From positions 8,979 to 72,978 of the forward strand of contig CAVZMH010000009.1 of NCBI GenBank assembly GCA_963776345.1: a stretch of DNA of 64,000 nucleotides, in the 5' to 3' direction. Under the pieces are notes generated by a model, which saw only the letters and a list, made by a program, of their open reading frames with translations, did no database searches and was not told the DNA's origin. Both the position numbers and the translations under genes were made by a program. This document shows, in pieces, positions 40,819-51,840 of this stretch. Every line of letters begins with the position of its first letter. Position 1 is the first letter of the stretch. The stretch comes from an uncultured delta proteobacterium. Lineage in GTDB: Bacteria > Myxococcota > Myxococcia > Myxococcales > Myxococcaceae.

Positions 40819-41961
40819 ATGGACCTGACCCTTCCCGAGAGCCACCGCGCGCTGCAGGCCTCGCTCCGCCAGTTCTGCGAGGAGAACGTCAAGCCGCACG
40901 CCCGCGCGTGGGACCACGAGGAGCGGTTCCCAGCCCAGGTGGTCCAGGCGCTGGGCGAGCTGGGGGTGCTGGGCATCCTGGTCGGCGAGGAGTACGGCGG
41001 CGCGGGGATGGACGCCCTGGCGGTCGCCATCGCCGTCGAGGAGATCGCCCGGTACGATGGCTCGCTCGCGCTCACCGTGGCCAGCCACAACGGCCTGGGC
41101 ACGAGCCACATCCGGGTCTTCGGCAACGACGCCCAGCGGCGACGCTACCTGCCCAGGCTCGCCACCGGCGAGTGGCTCGGCGCCTGGGGCCTCACCGAGC
41201 CCGGGAGCGGCTCGGACGCCGCGGCGATGAAGACCACCGCGGTTCGCAGCGGCGACGGCTGGGTGCTGAACGGCAGCAAGATGTTCATCACCCAGGGGAC
41301 GGTGGGCCAGGTCTTCGTCGTCCTCGCGCTCACCGAGCCCGAGAAGCGACAGAAGGGCATCACCGCGTTCATCCTGGAACGGGGGATGCCCGGCTTCAGC
41401 CAGCGGGCGATCCACGGGAAGCTCGGGATGCGGAGCTCGGACACCGCCGAATTGATCCTGGAGAACGTCGAGGTCCCCGACTCCCAGCGCCTCGGCGAGC
41501 TGGGGATGGGCTTCGTGAACACGCTGCAGATCCTGGACAAGGGCCGCATCACCATCGGTGCCCTCTCTCTCGGACTGGCCCGGGGGGCGCTCGAGGAGTC
41601 GGCCCGCTACGCCCGCGAGCGCCGGGCCTTCGGCAAGCCCATCGGCGAGTTCGAGGCCATCCGCTGGATGCTGGCCGACATGCAGACCGAGCTCCAGGCC
41701 GCGCGCCTCCTCGTGCACCGGGCGGCGGTGCTGGCCGACAGCGGCCGGCCGTACGGGCGCGAGGCCAGCATGGCCAAGCTCTTCGCCAGCGAGGTCGCCA
41801 CCCGGGCCTGCAACAAGGCGGTGCAGATCCACGGCGGCTACGGCTACACCCGGGAGTTCCCCGTGGAGCGCTACCTGCGCGACGCCAAGCTCTGCGAGAT
41901 CGGAGAGGGCACCAGCGAGGTGCAGCGGACGGTGATTGCCCGCGAGCTTCTCAAGGCCTGA
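40819..41961 (+). CDS. Acyl-CoA dehydrogenase (branched/short chain)
   Basis: [37 protein letters not shown]. Confidence 0.95.
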   Translation: MDLTLPESHRALQASLRQFCEENVKPHARAWDHEERFPAQVVQALGELGVLGILVGEEYGGAGMDALAVAIAVEEIARYDGSLALTVASHNGLGTSHIRVFGNDAQRRRYLPRLATGEWLGAWGLTEPGSGSDAAAMKTTAVRSGDGWVLNGSKMFITQGTVGQVFVVLALTEPEKRQKGITAFILERGMPGFSQRAIHGKLGMRSSDTAELILENVEVPDSQRLGELGMGFVNTLQILDKGRITIGALSLGLARGALEESARYARERRAFGKPIGEFEAIRWMLADMQTELQAARLLVHRAAVLADSGRPYGREASMAKLFASEVATRACNKAVQIHGGYGYTREFPVERYLRDAKLCEIGEGTSEVQRTVIARELLKA

Positions 41962-41970
41962 CGCACGTCG

Positions 41971-42804
41971 ATGGAAGCGGACTGGCTGGCGCAGCTCGGG
42001 CTCACGGTGCAGGAGGGGGCGGCGGGCCCCGAGGTGGTGCTCCCGCTGCGGGGCTCCCTGGTGAACCCGCTGACCCGCCGGCCCGTGCCGGCGGTCACCC
42101 TGGCCGTGGCCGAGGAGCTCCTCATCCCGGTGGATCCGCCCGAGCTGGTCGGCCTGCCTCCGCTGACGATGGACACCCTCACCGAGGGCCTCGAGCTCGA
42201 GGCGCGACTTCTCGCCGGGTTCGACGAGCACGTGGCGCGGCTCGAGGCGACGGCGAGCAAGCTGGAGGCGCTCGGGCTCTCCCCCTGCGTGGACCCGGGC
42301 TCGCTCGAGGTCCGGGTGGAGACCCAGGTCGGCGGATTCCGGATCCTGCTCGGCGGCGACAAGCAGGGGAAGCTCCGGGTGCTGGAGGTGCACCGGGCCA
42401 GCGCCCTCTTGAAGACCGAGGTCGGCGCACCCTTCGCCCTGGCGCAGTTCCCGGACGCCGCTTCGCTCCAGGCCCACCTGTCGATGCTGGTCGGCGAGAC
42501 GCCTGGCCCGCGGCACGGCCTGGGCTATGGCGAGCTGGCCGAGCGCTTCGGTCCGGCGGCGCGCGTCCCGGCGACCAGCGCGCTCGAGCTGGTCACCGAC
42601 TTCACCGTGCGCGGCGAGCGATACCGCTTCGTCGCCGCCCGGGTGCGGGGCCGGACCTTCCGCGGGCTCCTGGCGGGCCCCGAGGGCAAGAAGTGGGCGG
42701 ACCACTTCCAGCTCGAGGACTTCGCCGGGGTGGCGGACGTGGCCTCGCGCGCGCTCGGCGTCTCGCCCGAGGAGATCTCCTGGCTCGAGGGGGACGAGCC
42801 ATGA
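41971..42804 (+). CDS. Hypothetical protein
   Basis: GC3-consistent ORF filling the gap; ATGA overlap with meaB. Confidence 0.75.
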   Translation: MEADWLAQLGLTVQEGAAGPEVVLPLRGSLVNPLTRRPVPAVTLAVAEELLIPVDPPELVGLPPLTMDTLTEGLELEARLLAGFDEHVARLEATASKLEALGLSPCVDPGSLEVRVETQVGGFRILLGGDKQGKLRVLEVHRASALLKTEVGAPFALAQFPDAASLQAHLSMLVGETPGPRHGLGYGELAERFGPAARVPATSALELVTDFTVRGERYRFVAARVRGRTFRGLLAGPEGKKWADHFQLEDFAGVADVASRALGVSPEEISWLEGDEP

Positions 42805-43835
42805 GCGCCTCGCTCGTGGACCGGGTGCTCGCCGGGGAGGTCCGCGCCGCCAGCCGGCTGATGCGCCGGATCGACGACGAGGACCCGGCGGCCACCGCCG
42901 ATCTCCAGGCGCTCTTCCCCCGGACGGGGCGGGCCTACGTCCTGGGCATCACCGGCTCCCCCGGGGCAGGGAAGTCCACCCTCACCGACCGGGTGGTGGC
43001 CCGGTTCCGGGCCCAGGGCAAGACCGTCGGGGTCCTCGCGGTGGACCCCACCAGCCCCTTCAGCGGGGGCGCCATCCTCGGTGACCGCATCCGGATGCAG
43101 GCCCACGCCTCCGACCCGGGGGTGTTCATCCGTTCCCTGGCCACGCGGGGGTCACTCGGGGGACTCTCCCGGGCCACGGGTGACTGCATCCGGGTGATGG
43201 ACGCGATGGGCAAGGACGTCATCGTGGTGGAGACCGTCGGCGTGGGCCAGGACGAGATCGACATCGCCCAGATGGCCCACACCACGGTGCTGGTCACCGT
43301 GCCGGGGATGGGCGACGACATCCAGGCCATCAAGGCCGGCATCCTCGAGGTGGCGGACGTCTTCATCGTCAACAAGGCCGACCTGGACGGCGCCGACCGC
43401 ACCGTGCGCGAGCTGCGGCAGATGCTCGAGCTCCGGCACGCGCTCCGCCGCCCGGCGACGGACCACGACGCCGCCCACCGGCTCCGGGCCCGTGCGCAGG
43501 GCAAGCCCGCCACACCTCCTCCGGCCAACCCCGACGAGTGGGAGCCACCCATCCTCAAGGTCATCGCCGCGCGCGACCAGGGCCTCGACCCGGCGATGGA
43601 GGCCATCGCTCAGCACCTGAGCTTCCTGGAGCGCACGGGGCAGAAGGCCGAGCGCGAGCGCGCCCGGGCCCGGACGCAGTTCCTCGCGCTGCTGCGCAAC
43701 CTGCTGCTCCGCTCGGCGCTCGACCGGCTGGAGGCGGAGAAGGGCCGGCTGGACGAGGTGGCGCTCGCCATCGCCCGCCGCGAGGCGGACCCGTACGCCC
43801 TGGCCGAGACCCTGGCCCGCCAGCTCGCCACCTGA
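42801..43835 (+). CDS. meaB: MeaB/ArgK GTPase (B12-mutase chaperone)
   Basis: [43 protein letters not shown]. Confidence 0.93.
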   Translation: MSASLVDRVLAGEVRAASRLMRRIDDEDPAATADLQALFPRTGRAYVLGITGSPGAGKSTLTDRVVARFRAQGKTVGVLAVDPTSPFSGGAILGDRIRMQAHASDPGVFIRSLATRGSLGGLSRATGDCIRVMDAMGKDVIVVETVGVGQDEIDIAQMAHTTVLVTVPGMGDDIQAIKAGILEVADVFIVNKADLDGADRTVRELRQMLELRHALRRPATDHDAAHRLRARAQGKPATPPPANPDEWEPPILKVIAARDQGLDPAMEAIAQHLSFLERTGQKAERERARARTQFLALLRNLLLRSALDRLEAEKGRLDEVALAIARREADPYALAETLARQLAT

Positions 43836-43838
43836 ACG

Positions 43839-44579
43839 ATGCCCGCGCCCACCCGCCCTCCGGACCCCGTGCTGGTCGAAGGCCTCCGCCAGAGGCTGGG
43901 CATCGACGCGCTGGACCCGGTGCAGGGCCTGGCCGCGCTGACCCACAAGAGCTTCGTCAACGAGCACAAGGACGGCGGCGCGGACAACGAGCGGCTGGAG
44001 TTCCTCGGGGACGCGGTGGTGGACCTCGCGGTGAGCCACCGGCTCATGGAGCGCTTCCCGGGCGCCGACGAGGGCGAGCTGTCGAAGCTGCGGGCGCTGC
44101 TGGTGAACGAGGACAGCCTGGCCCGCGTGGCGCGCCACCTCGGGCTCGGCGACCTCCTCCGGATGGGGCGCGGCGAGGAGCTGACCGGTGGCCGCGACAA
44201 GAGCTCGGTGCTCGCCGACGCGCTCGAGGCGGTGCTCGGCGCGGTGTACCTCAGCGCCGGTCTGCCCGGCGCGCTCTCGGTCGTCGACCGGCTGTTCGGC
44301 GACCTGCTCCAGGGCGTGGCGGAGGGGAAGAGCGGCGAGGACTGGAAGACGCGCCTCCAAGAATTGGTGCAGACGCGCCACCGCCAGTCACCCCGGTACC
44401 GGGTGGTCAGCGAGGAGGGCCCGGACCACTCCAAGACCTTCGAGGTGGAGGTCACGGTGGGCACCGAGCTCTTCGCCCGCGCCCGGGGCCGCTCCAAGAA
44501 GGAGGCGGAGCAGGCCGCCGCACGTCAAACGTTGACGATGCTCGATTCCGAGGCGAAGAAGGACCCCGGCGCGCGCTGA
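43839..44579 (+). CDS. rnc: Ribonuclease III
   Basis: [18 protein letters not shown]-terminal dsRBD (KTRLQE...[10 protein letters not shown]). Confidence 0.97.
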   Translation: MPAPTRPPDPVLVEGLRQRLGIDALDPVQGLAALTHKSFVNEHKDGGADNERLEFLGDAVVDLAVSHRLMERFPGADEGELSKLRALLVNEDSLARVARHLGLGDLLRMGRGEELTGGRDKSSVLADALEAVLGAVYLSAGLPGALSVVDRLFGDLLQGVAEGKSGEDWKTRLQELVQTRHRQSPRYRVVSEEGPDHSKTFEVEVTVGTELFARARGRSKKEAEQAAARQTLTMLDSEAKKDPGAR

Positions 44580-44626
44580 ACCTCCGCGCGCTCGCGCCAC
44601 CCACCCTCGACCCTGGGGCTCAACGA

Positions 44627-45349
44627 ATGCGAATCGCCCGCAGTGCTGCCGTGTCCCTGCTGTTCACCCTGGCCCTGTCCGCCTGCGAGAAGCAGGCCTC
44701 GGACCGACCCGCGCCCACCGGGCAACCGGCCCCGACCCCCGCCGCCCAGACGCCCCCACCGGCGTCGCCTCCGCCCGCGCCGCTGGCGTCCGGCGGCGAG
44801 TGGATGAGCAAGGCCGAGGCCGGCAAGGACCTCTGGGCCACGCTCAAGACCAGCAAGGGGACCATCGTGGTGAAGCTCTTCAGCAAGGACGCCCCGAAGA
44901 CCGTGGCCAGCTTCGTCGGCCTGGCCACGGGCGAGAAGGAATGGATCGATCCGCGCGACAACCAGCGGAAGCGGACCCCGCTCTACGACGGCACCGAGTT
45001 CCACCGCGTCATCCCCGACTTCATGATCCAGGGCGGCGACCCCACCGGCACCGGACGCGGCCAGCCCGGCTTCAGCTTCGCGGACGAGTTCCAGAGCGGC
45101 CGCAAGTTCGAGAAGAAGGGCCTCCTGGCGATGGCCAACCGCGGGCCGGACACCAACGGCAGCCAGTTCTTCATCACCACCTCCACGCCGCACCACCTCG
45201 ACGGCAAGCACACCATCTTCGGCGAGGTGATCTCCGGCTATCCGGTGGTGGAGGCCATCTCCCAGGTGAAGACCATGATGGGCAACCGGCCGGCAGACCC
45301 GGTGACCCTGGTCTCGGTGACGGTGTCTGACAAGCCACCCCGGACCTAG
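44627..45349 (+). CDS. Cyclophilin-type peptidyl-prolyl isomerase, lipoprotein
   Basis: Lipobox LSAC, Pro-rich linker, [26 protein letters not shown]. Confidence 0.93.
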   Translation: MRIARSAAVSLLFTLALSACEKQASDRPAPTGQPAPTPAAQTPPPASPPPAPLASGGEWMSKAEAGKDLWATLKTSKGTIVVKLFSKDAPKTVASFVGLATGEKEWIDPRDNQRKRTPLYDGTEFHRVIPDFMIQGGDPTGTGRGQPGFSFADEFQSGRKFEKKGLLAMANRGPDTNGSQFFITTSTPHHLDGKHTIFGEVISGYPVVEAISQVKTMMGNRPADPVTLVSVTVSDKPPRT

Positions 45350-45386
45350 TAGAGGGTCGCTCGCGAACGAAAGGACGGAGGGAACG

Positions 45387-45938
<552 letters not shown>

Positions 45939-45994
45939 CCCGGGGCCACACGCCAGGGGGGGCCCGCCCGGGCCTTCTCCAGACCACCTCCTCG

Positions 45995-46939
45995 ATGACC
46001 GTCCAGCACTCAGGATTCGCCGCGCTCGTCGGCCGCCCCAACGTGGGCAAGAGCACGCTCCTCAACCGCCTGGTGGGGGAGAAGATCGCCATCGTCTCCC
46101 CCAAGCCGCAGACCACCCGGACCCGCATCACCGGGGTGGTGACCCGGCCCGAGGGACAGGTGGCCTTCGTCGACACGCCCGGCATCCACGAGGCGAAGGG
46201 CGCGCTCAACAAGGCCATGGTGGAGGCCGCGCTGGCCACGCTCCAGGACGTCGACGTGGTGCTGTTCCTGGTCGAGCCCGCGCTCGGGCCGGACGGGAAG
46301 ACGCCGGAGATCACCCCGGGCGTGCGGGCCATCCTCGAGCGACTCGCCCCGCTCAGGAAGCCCGTCCTCCTGGTGGTGAACAAGGTGGACGCGGTCCCCA
46401 GGCCGCTGCTCCTCCCGTTCGTCGCCACGCTCACCGAGGTGCGGCCGTTCGACGAGGTGCTCTTCGTCTCCGCGCTCACCGGCGACGGGGTGGAGGACCT
46501 CCTCCGCACCACGCTGGGGAAGCTCCCCGAGGGGCCGCTGCTGTTCGACCCCGAGACCTTCACCGATCAACAAGAAATCGGCCTCGCTGCCGAGCTGATC
46601 CGCGAGCAGGTGCTCCGGCACTGCCGGCAGGAGGTTCCCCACTCGGCGGCGGTGGCGGTCGACGCCTTCGACGAGAGCGAGCGCGCGCCGCGCCCGGGCA
46701 GCCGCCCCGGTGGGCTCCAGGGCCTGGTGCGGATCCACGCCACGCTCTTCGTCGAGCGCGAGAGCCAGAAGGCCATCGTCATCGGCAAGCGCGGGGCGAT
46801 GCTCAAGGCCATCGGCACCGACGCGCGGAAGGCCCTGCAGCGGCTCCTCGGGACGCACGTGTACCTGGACCTCCGGGTGAAGGTGGAGCCGCGGTGGACC
46901 GAGACCGAGCGCGGGCTGCGGAAGGTGGGGCTCACGTGA
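45995..46939 (+). CDS. era: GTPase Era
   Basis: GRPNVGKST, QTTR, DTPG, NKVD, KH domain IGKRG. Confidence 0.96.
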   Translation: MTVQHSGFAALVGRPNVGKSTLLNRLVGEKIAIVSPKPQTTRTRITGVVTRPEGQVAFVDTPGIHEAKGALNKAMVEAALATLQDVDVVLFLVEPALGPDGKTPEITPGVRAILERLAPLRKPVLLVVNKVDAVPRPLLLPFVATLTEVRPFDEVLFVSALTGDGVEDLLRTTLGKLPEGPLLFDPETFTDQQEIGLAAELIREQVLRHCRQEVPHSAAVAVDAFDESERAPRPGSRPGGLQGLVRIHATLFVERESQKAIVIGKRGAMLKAIGTDARKALQRLLGTHVYLDLRVKVEPRWTETERGLRKVGLT

Positions 46940-48306
46940 GGCCGCTGGTCGCCATCCTCGGCCGCCCCAACGTGGGAAAGAGCACACTGTTCAACCGCCT
47001 CGCCGAGCGGCGGCTGGCGCTGGTCCAGGACGTCCCGGGCGTCACCCGCGACCGGCACTACGCGGACACCGAGTGGCAGGGGCGCCCGCTGGCCGTCGTG
47101 GACACCGGCGGCTTCGTGCCGGACGAGGAGGGCGGGCTCGCCGCCCAGGTGCGAGCCCAGGCGGAGCTGGCCGCCGCGGAGGCCGACGTCGTCCTGATGG
47201 TGGTGGACGGGCGCGCCGGCCCGACCGGCGTCGACGAGTCGCTCGCCCGGGCGCTCCGTCGCACCGGCAAGCCAGTGCTCCTGGTGGTCAACAAGCTGGA
47301 CTCACCGGCAGCCGCCGAAACCGGAACCGGCGACTTCTACCGGCTGGGCATTCGGGAGGTGTTTCCGGTCTCCGCCGAGCACGCCCTCGGCTTTGACGCC
47401 TTGCTGGATGCGGTGGTGGCCCGTCTCCCGGAAGCCGCCGCCCCCGCGGAGACGCCGGCCGCCGACGAGGCCGCGCCGGTCCGCCTCACCATCCTCGGCC
47501 GGCCGAACGTGGGGAAGAGCACGCTCCTGAACGCCCTGCTCCACGAGGAGCGGGTGGTCGTCAGCCCCGAGCCCGGCACCACCCGTGACCCCATCGACAC
47601 CACGCTGATCCACAACGGGCGGCGCTTCGTCCTCACCGACACCGCGGGCATCCGCCGCCGGAAGGCCATGGGGGAGGGCGTGGAGAAGCTCAGCGTCCTG
47701 GCGGCCCTCCGGAGCATGGAGCGGGCCGAGGTCGCGGTCCTGGTGCTCGACGGCACCGAGCCGGGCGTGGACCAGGACGCGCGCCTCGCCGGCCTCGTCG
47801 CCGAGCGGGCCCGGGCGCTCCTGGTGGTGGTGAACAAGTGGGACCTGGTGGCAAAGGACCCCCGGACCGAGAAGAGGACCCGTGAGGAGCTGAAGTGGAC
47901 GCTGAAGTTCGTGTCCTACGCGCCCATCGTCTTCGTCAGCGCCCTCACCGGTGCCAAGGTGGAGAAGGTGCTCGACCTCGCCGCCGAGCTTCAGGACTCG
48001 TTCCACCTCCGTACCCCGACCCCGGCGCTGAACAAGCTCCTGGCCCACGTCGTCGACGCGCACCCGGCGCCCATCGTCGGGGGCCGGCCGCTCCGGCTGT
48101 ACTACATCGCCCAGGTGGGGACCGCGCCGCCGGCCTTCGCCATCACCACCAACCGCCCGGAGAAGGTCCCCGAGGCCTACAAGCGGTACCTTTCCAACCA
48201 GCTCCGCGAGGCGTTCGGACTGCGCGTCCCCATCCAGCTGTTCTTCCGGGAGAAGCCAGGCAAGGCGAAGCGGGCCGCCCGCAAGCGCCCTCACGCCCGT
48301 CGTTGA
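46936..48306 (+). CDS. der: Ribosome biogenesis GTPase Der (EngA)
   Basis: Two GRPNVGKST G-domains, PGVTRD and PGTTRD, NKWD. Confidence 0.97.
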   Translation: MRPLVAILGRPNVGKSTLFNRLAERRLALVQDVPGVTRDRHYADTEWQGRPLAVVDTGGFVPDEEGGLAAQVRAQAELAAAEADVVLMVVDGRAGPTGVDESLARALRRTGKPVLLVVNKLDSPAAAETGTGDFYRLGIREVFPVSAEHALGFDALLDAVVARLPEAAAPAETPAADEAAPVRLTILGRPNVGKSTLLNALLHEERVVVSPEPGTTRDPIDTTLIHNGRRFVLTDTAGIRRRKAMGEGVEKLSVLAALRSMERAEVAVLVLDGTEPGVDQDARLAGLVAERARALLVVVNKWDLVAKDPRTEKRTREELKWTLKFVSYAPIVFVSALTGAKVEKVLDLAAELQDSFHLRTPTPALNKLLAHVVDAHPAPIVGGRPLRLYYIAQVGTAPPAFAITTNRPEKVPEAYKRYLSNQLREAFGLRVPIQLFFREKPGKAKRAARKRPHARR

Positions 48307-48379
48307 CGTCCAAGCATCCGGATCTCTACAGTGCGCGCCCTTTCCGGGCCCCCAGCCAAGAAGGACACCAGGACACCAC

Positions 48380-49156
48380 GTGGCACAGGATCGGATGAGT
48401 CGAAAGGAGCTCCGCGCGCCGGACGCGTTCCAGCGGGCGGGGCTCGAGGCCCGGAGCTGGATCTCCACCCGCAAGGGGCTGTTGGTCGGGGCGGTGGTCG
48501 CGGTCATCGTCCCGCTGTTCGGCATCGCCCTGGCCCGGACGCTTTCGGACCGACGGGAGGTGAAGGCGCGCACTGCCCTGGGCACGGCCATCGGCGTGCT
48601 CTCCCGGCCGGTGCAGGCGGACCTGCCCCCCGGGGCGACGGACGACCCGGCCCCGTTCAAGTCGGCGCAGGAGCGGGACCAGGCCGCGGTCACCGCGCTC
48701 GCCGGCGTGCTCGCCAGCTTCCCGGGGAGCAAGGCCGCGGTCACCGCCAGCCTCCCGCTCGCCGCCGCCGAGGTGCGCCTCGGGCAGCTCGACGCGGCCA
48801 TCGGCCACTTCGAGGCGTACCTCCGGGAGGCGCCGTCGACGGAGCCCCTCCGGGTGAGCGCGCTCGACGGGCTCGGCCACGCCCGGGAGGCGAAGGGCGA
48901 CCTGCCGCAGGCCCTCGACGCCTACGAGCGGATGTCGCGCGAGGAGGGCTCCGGGTTCGAGGCCGGGATGGGCGCCTTCCACCGGGCCCGCGTGCTCGCG
49001 CTGATCGGGAAGAAGCAGGAGGCCGCCCAGGCCTTCGCCGAGCTGGTGGCGGCAAACCCGGGGACTCCCGCGGCCCGCCTCGGCCAGGAGCGGCTCGCGG
49101 CGCTCGAGGCCGAGGGCTTCAAGGCCACCGTCGCCCCGAAGCCGGACGCGGGATGA
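48380..49156 (+). CDS. YfgM-like membrane-anchored TPR protein
   Basis: SRKELRAPDAF N-terminus, one TM helix, TPR repeats; sits between der and bamB-like gene. Confidence 0.8.
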   Translation: MAQDRMSRKELRAPDAFQRAGLEARSWISTRKGLLVGAVVAVIVPLFGIALARTLSDRREVKARTALGTAIGVLSRPVQADLPPGATDDPAPFKSAQERDQAAVTALAGVLASFPGSKAAVTASLPLAAAEVRLGQLDAAIGHFEAYLREAPSTEPLRVSALDGLGHAREAKGDLPQALDAYERMSREEGSGFEAGMGAFHRARVLALIGKKQEAAQAFAELVAANPGTPAARLGQERLAALEAEGFKATVAPKPDAG

Positions 49157-50295
49157 CGCGCGCCGCGCTCGCCGCCGCTGCGCTCGCGGTCCTGGGCGGA
49201 TGCGTCTCGGGCCGTGCCCCGGTGCTGGCGGACCCGTTCTCGCGGGCTCCGGCCGCGCCGCTGGCGGTCTTCACCGTCGACTACTGGCACCCGATGGTGG
49301 AGACCTCCACCATGGAGTTCGTCCCTCGCGAGTTCGCCAGCCCCGCCGTCGACCCCACCTCGGGCCGGGTGGTGGTGGGCACGCGCGACGGCGTCCTCCG
49401 CAGCGTGACCGCCGAGGGCCGGGTGAAGTGGGCCCTCTCCACGCCGGCGCCGTTCTTCGCCGGGGTGCTGATCCGCGACGGGGTGGTCTACGTGCCCGGC
49501 GGTGACGGGGTGCTCCGGGCGCTCAAGGCCGACACCGGGGCGCTTCTCTGGAGCTACGACTGCGGTGAAGAGCTGGTCACCGTGCCCGTGCTGGCCGAGG
49601 ACCGGGTGATGGTCGCCTCCCAGTCGGCCACGCTCTTCGCGGTCAACGCCGCGGACGGGAAGTGGGCGTGGCAGTACCGCCGCACCCCGCCGGCGGGCTT
49701 CATCCTCCGCGGCGCGAGCACCCCCGTGGTTCGGGAGGGCATCGTCTACCTGGGCTTCTCGGACGGGCACGCCGCGGCGCTCGAGGCGAAGACCGGCGGC
49801 GCGGTCTGGGACCGGGTGCTCTCCACCGGGACCCAGTTCATCGACGTGAGCAGCACGCCGGGGTTCGACGCCGGCGGGCACCTCATCGTCGCCTCGTACA
49901 AGGACGGCCTCTTCGCCCTGGACGCCAAGACGGGCGACACCGTGTGGCAGAGCAGCGGGTTGGGCCTGGCGTACGTGGTGGTCCGCGGGGGCGTCATCTT
50001 CGCCGCCGGCGAGGACCGCATCGCGGCCTTCAGCTCCGAGACCGGGAAGAACATCTGGATCACCCAGCTGCCGGACCGCGCGGGCCAGCAGCCGGCGTTC
50101 GCCTCGGGGCTCCTGCTCGTTCCCACCGGGAAGGCGCTGCTCTTCATGGACCCGGTGACCGGGAAGATCCTCCGCCGCTTCGACCCGGGGAAGGGCGTCA
50201 CCGCGACGCCGGGGGTGTACGGACCGGACGCGCTGGTCCTGTCCAACCTCGGCTTCGTCTACGGACTGCACGTCACCCAGCCCGGGACGCTGTGA
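49153..50295 (+). CDS. bamB: PQQ-like beta-propeller lipoprotein, BamB-like
   Basis: Lipobox LGGC, repeated A.D..TG...W blades, yfgM/der context. Confidence 0.75.
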   Translation: MTRAALAAAALAVLGGCVSGRAPVLADPFSRAPAAPLAVFTVDYWHPMVETSTMEFVPREFASPAVDPTSGRVVVGTRDGVLRSVTAEGRVKWALSTPAPFFAGVLIRDGVVYVPGGDGVLRALKADTGALLWSYDCGEELVTVPVLAEDRVMVASQSATLFAVNAADGKWAWQYRRTPPAGFILRGASTPVVREGIVYLGFSDGHAAALEAKTGGAVWDRVLSTGTQFIDVSSTPGFDAGGHLIVASYKDGLFALDAKTGDTVWQSSGLGLAYVVVRGGVIFAAGEDRIAAFSSETGKNIWITQLPDRAGQQPAFASGLLLVPTGKALLFMDPVTGKILRRFDPGKGVTATPGVYGPDALVLSNLGFVYGLHVTQPGTL

Positions 50296-50705
50296 CCCGG
50301 GAGGTCCGGGTGGTGGCGGCGCTGATCGAGACCGCCCCGGGCCGCTTCCTCGTCCAGCAGCGGCTGCCCGGCAAGAGTCGCGCGCTCCTCTGGGAGTTCC
50401 CGGGTGGCAAGGTGGAGCCCGGGGAGACCGACGCCGAGGCGCTGATCCGCGAGGCCCGCGAGGAGCTGGGGGTGGCGCTCGAGGTCGGTGAGGAACGCTT
50501 CCAGGTCCGCCACGCCTACCAGGACCTGACGGTGGACCTGCACCTCTACGCGGCGCGCATCCGGGCGGGCACCCCGGCGCCCCTCGGGGCCCATGCCCTG
50601 CGCGCGGCGACGCCGGGGGAGATGCTGGCCATGCCGTTCTGCGAGGCCGACCTCCCGCTCCTCCGCCAGCTCGCGTCGGAGGGCCAGGGCAGGCTGGGCG
50701 GGTGA
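50292..50705 (+). CDS. MutT/NudG-like NUDIX hydrolase
   Basis: WEFPGGKVEPGETDAEALIREAREELG. Confidence 0.92.
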   Translation: MTREVRVVAALIETAPGRFLVQQRLPGKSRALLWEFPGGKVEPGETDAEALIREAREELGVALEVGEERFQVRHAYQDLTVDLHLYAARIRAGTPAPLGAHALRAATPGEMLAMPFCEADLPLLRQLASEGQGRLGG

Positions 50706-51568
50706 TCCGCCGGACCTTCCAGCTCGTCCCGGGCATCGGCCCCTGGCGGGAGAAGGACCTCTGGGCCCGGGGCCTCGAGACCTGGGACGCGGTGCGGACC
50801 GGCGGCGCGGCCGAGCTGGGACCCCGGCTCCACGCCGAGCTGCTCGCCGGCATCGACCGGGCGGAGGCATCGCTCGACCGGGGAGACCTCGGCGCGCTGG
50901 TCCGCGCGCTGCCGGCCCGGGAGCGCTGGCGGCTCTGGCCGCTGGTCGCCGACGAGGCGCTCTGCCTGGACATCGAGGCGGACGGGGTGGGGGAGCGGCA
51001 GCGGCCCACGGTGGCCGGCTGCCTCGACGTGGACACGCTGGTGACCTTCATCGACGGCCGGACCCTGGACGCGCTGCCGGAGCGGCTCGCCGGGCGGCGG
51101 GTCTGGGTGACGTTCAACGGCGCCTCCTTCGACCTGCCAGTCCTGCGGCACGCCTTCCCCGGGCTGCCCGAACCCGTGCTCCACCTGGATCTCAGGCCGC
51201 TCTGCCGGCGCGTCGGGCTCGGCGGGGGCCTCAAGTCGGTCGAGGACCGGCTAGGCATCGCCCGCCCGCCCCACCTGCGCGGGCGGAGCGGCATGGACGC
51301 GGTGCTGCTCTGGCGCGCGTACCACGCGACCGGCGACGTGGAGGCCCTGCGGTTCCTCGTCGAGTACAACCTGTACGACGCGTTCCAGCTCCGGGCGGTG
51401 GCGGACCACGCCTTCAACCGCGCCGCCGAGCGGCTCCACTGGCCCGACCGGGTGCAGCCCTGGGAACGGGGTGCCGTCCTCTACGACCTGAGCCGGCTTC
51501 TGCTCGCGCTCGAGCCGACGGCCCGGGACCAGGCCCGGGCCGAGGCGCTGCGCTCGGCCGACGTCTGA
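50702..51568 (+). CDS. YprB-like RNase H-fold (DEDD) exonuclease
   Basis: LDIEADG, TFNGASFDLP, GGLKSVE, YNLYD. Confidence 0.85.
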   Translation: MIRRTFQLVPGIGPWREKDLWARGLETWDAVRTGGAAELGPRLHAELLAGIDRAEASLDRGDLGALVRALPARERWRLWPLVADEALCLDIEADGVGERQRPTVAGCLDVDTLVTFIDGRTLDALPERLAGRRVWVTFNGASFDLPVLRHAFPGLPEPVLHLDLRPLCRRVGLGGGLKSVEDRLGIARPPHLRGRSGMDAVLLWRAYHATGDVEALRFLVEYNLYDAFQLRAVADHAFNRAAERLHWPDRVQPWERGAVLYDLSRLLLALEPTARDQARAEALRSADV

Positions 51569-51840
51569 TCGGCGGCGCACGAGGTCGACGGCTCGCACCC
51601 CTCGCCGGTCGGCTGCTACGCTCGGGAGCGCCTCCGGGGGGTTCCTGAGTCCCGTACCCGCCGCATCCCATTCCCCCCGACCTGCTCCCGCCCGCGCGGC
51701 GCTGAGCCGGCACCGAACGGAACTCATCGGCGAAAGAAGGCGAGGAGCCCCCATGCGCCTGGCTGCTGGAGCGGGCTGCGTCCGAGGGACGCACGTCTTC
51801 CGCTGGCCCTGGCCCGTGAGGTAGGCCACCGCCCGTCCAC

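Noticed and set aside
50292..51568. NUDIX plus exonuclease as an anti-phage defence pair
   Set aside because: Both are ordinary housekeeping-type families coupled to the era-der-bamB operon, with no defence-island context.
51569..51840. tRNA, riboswitch or small ORF in the gap before the SCO fusion
   Set aside because: No cloverleaf, recognisable aptamer consensus or convincing reading frame by eye; an Infernal search would be needed to exclude it.
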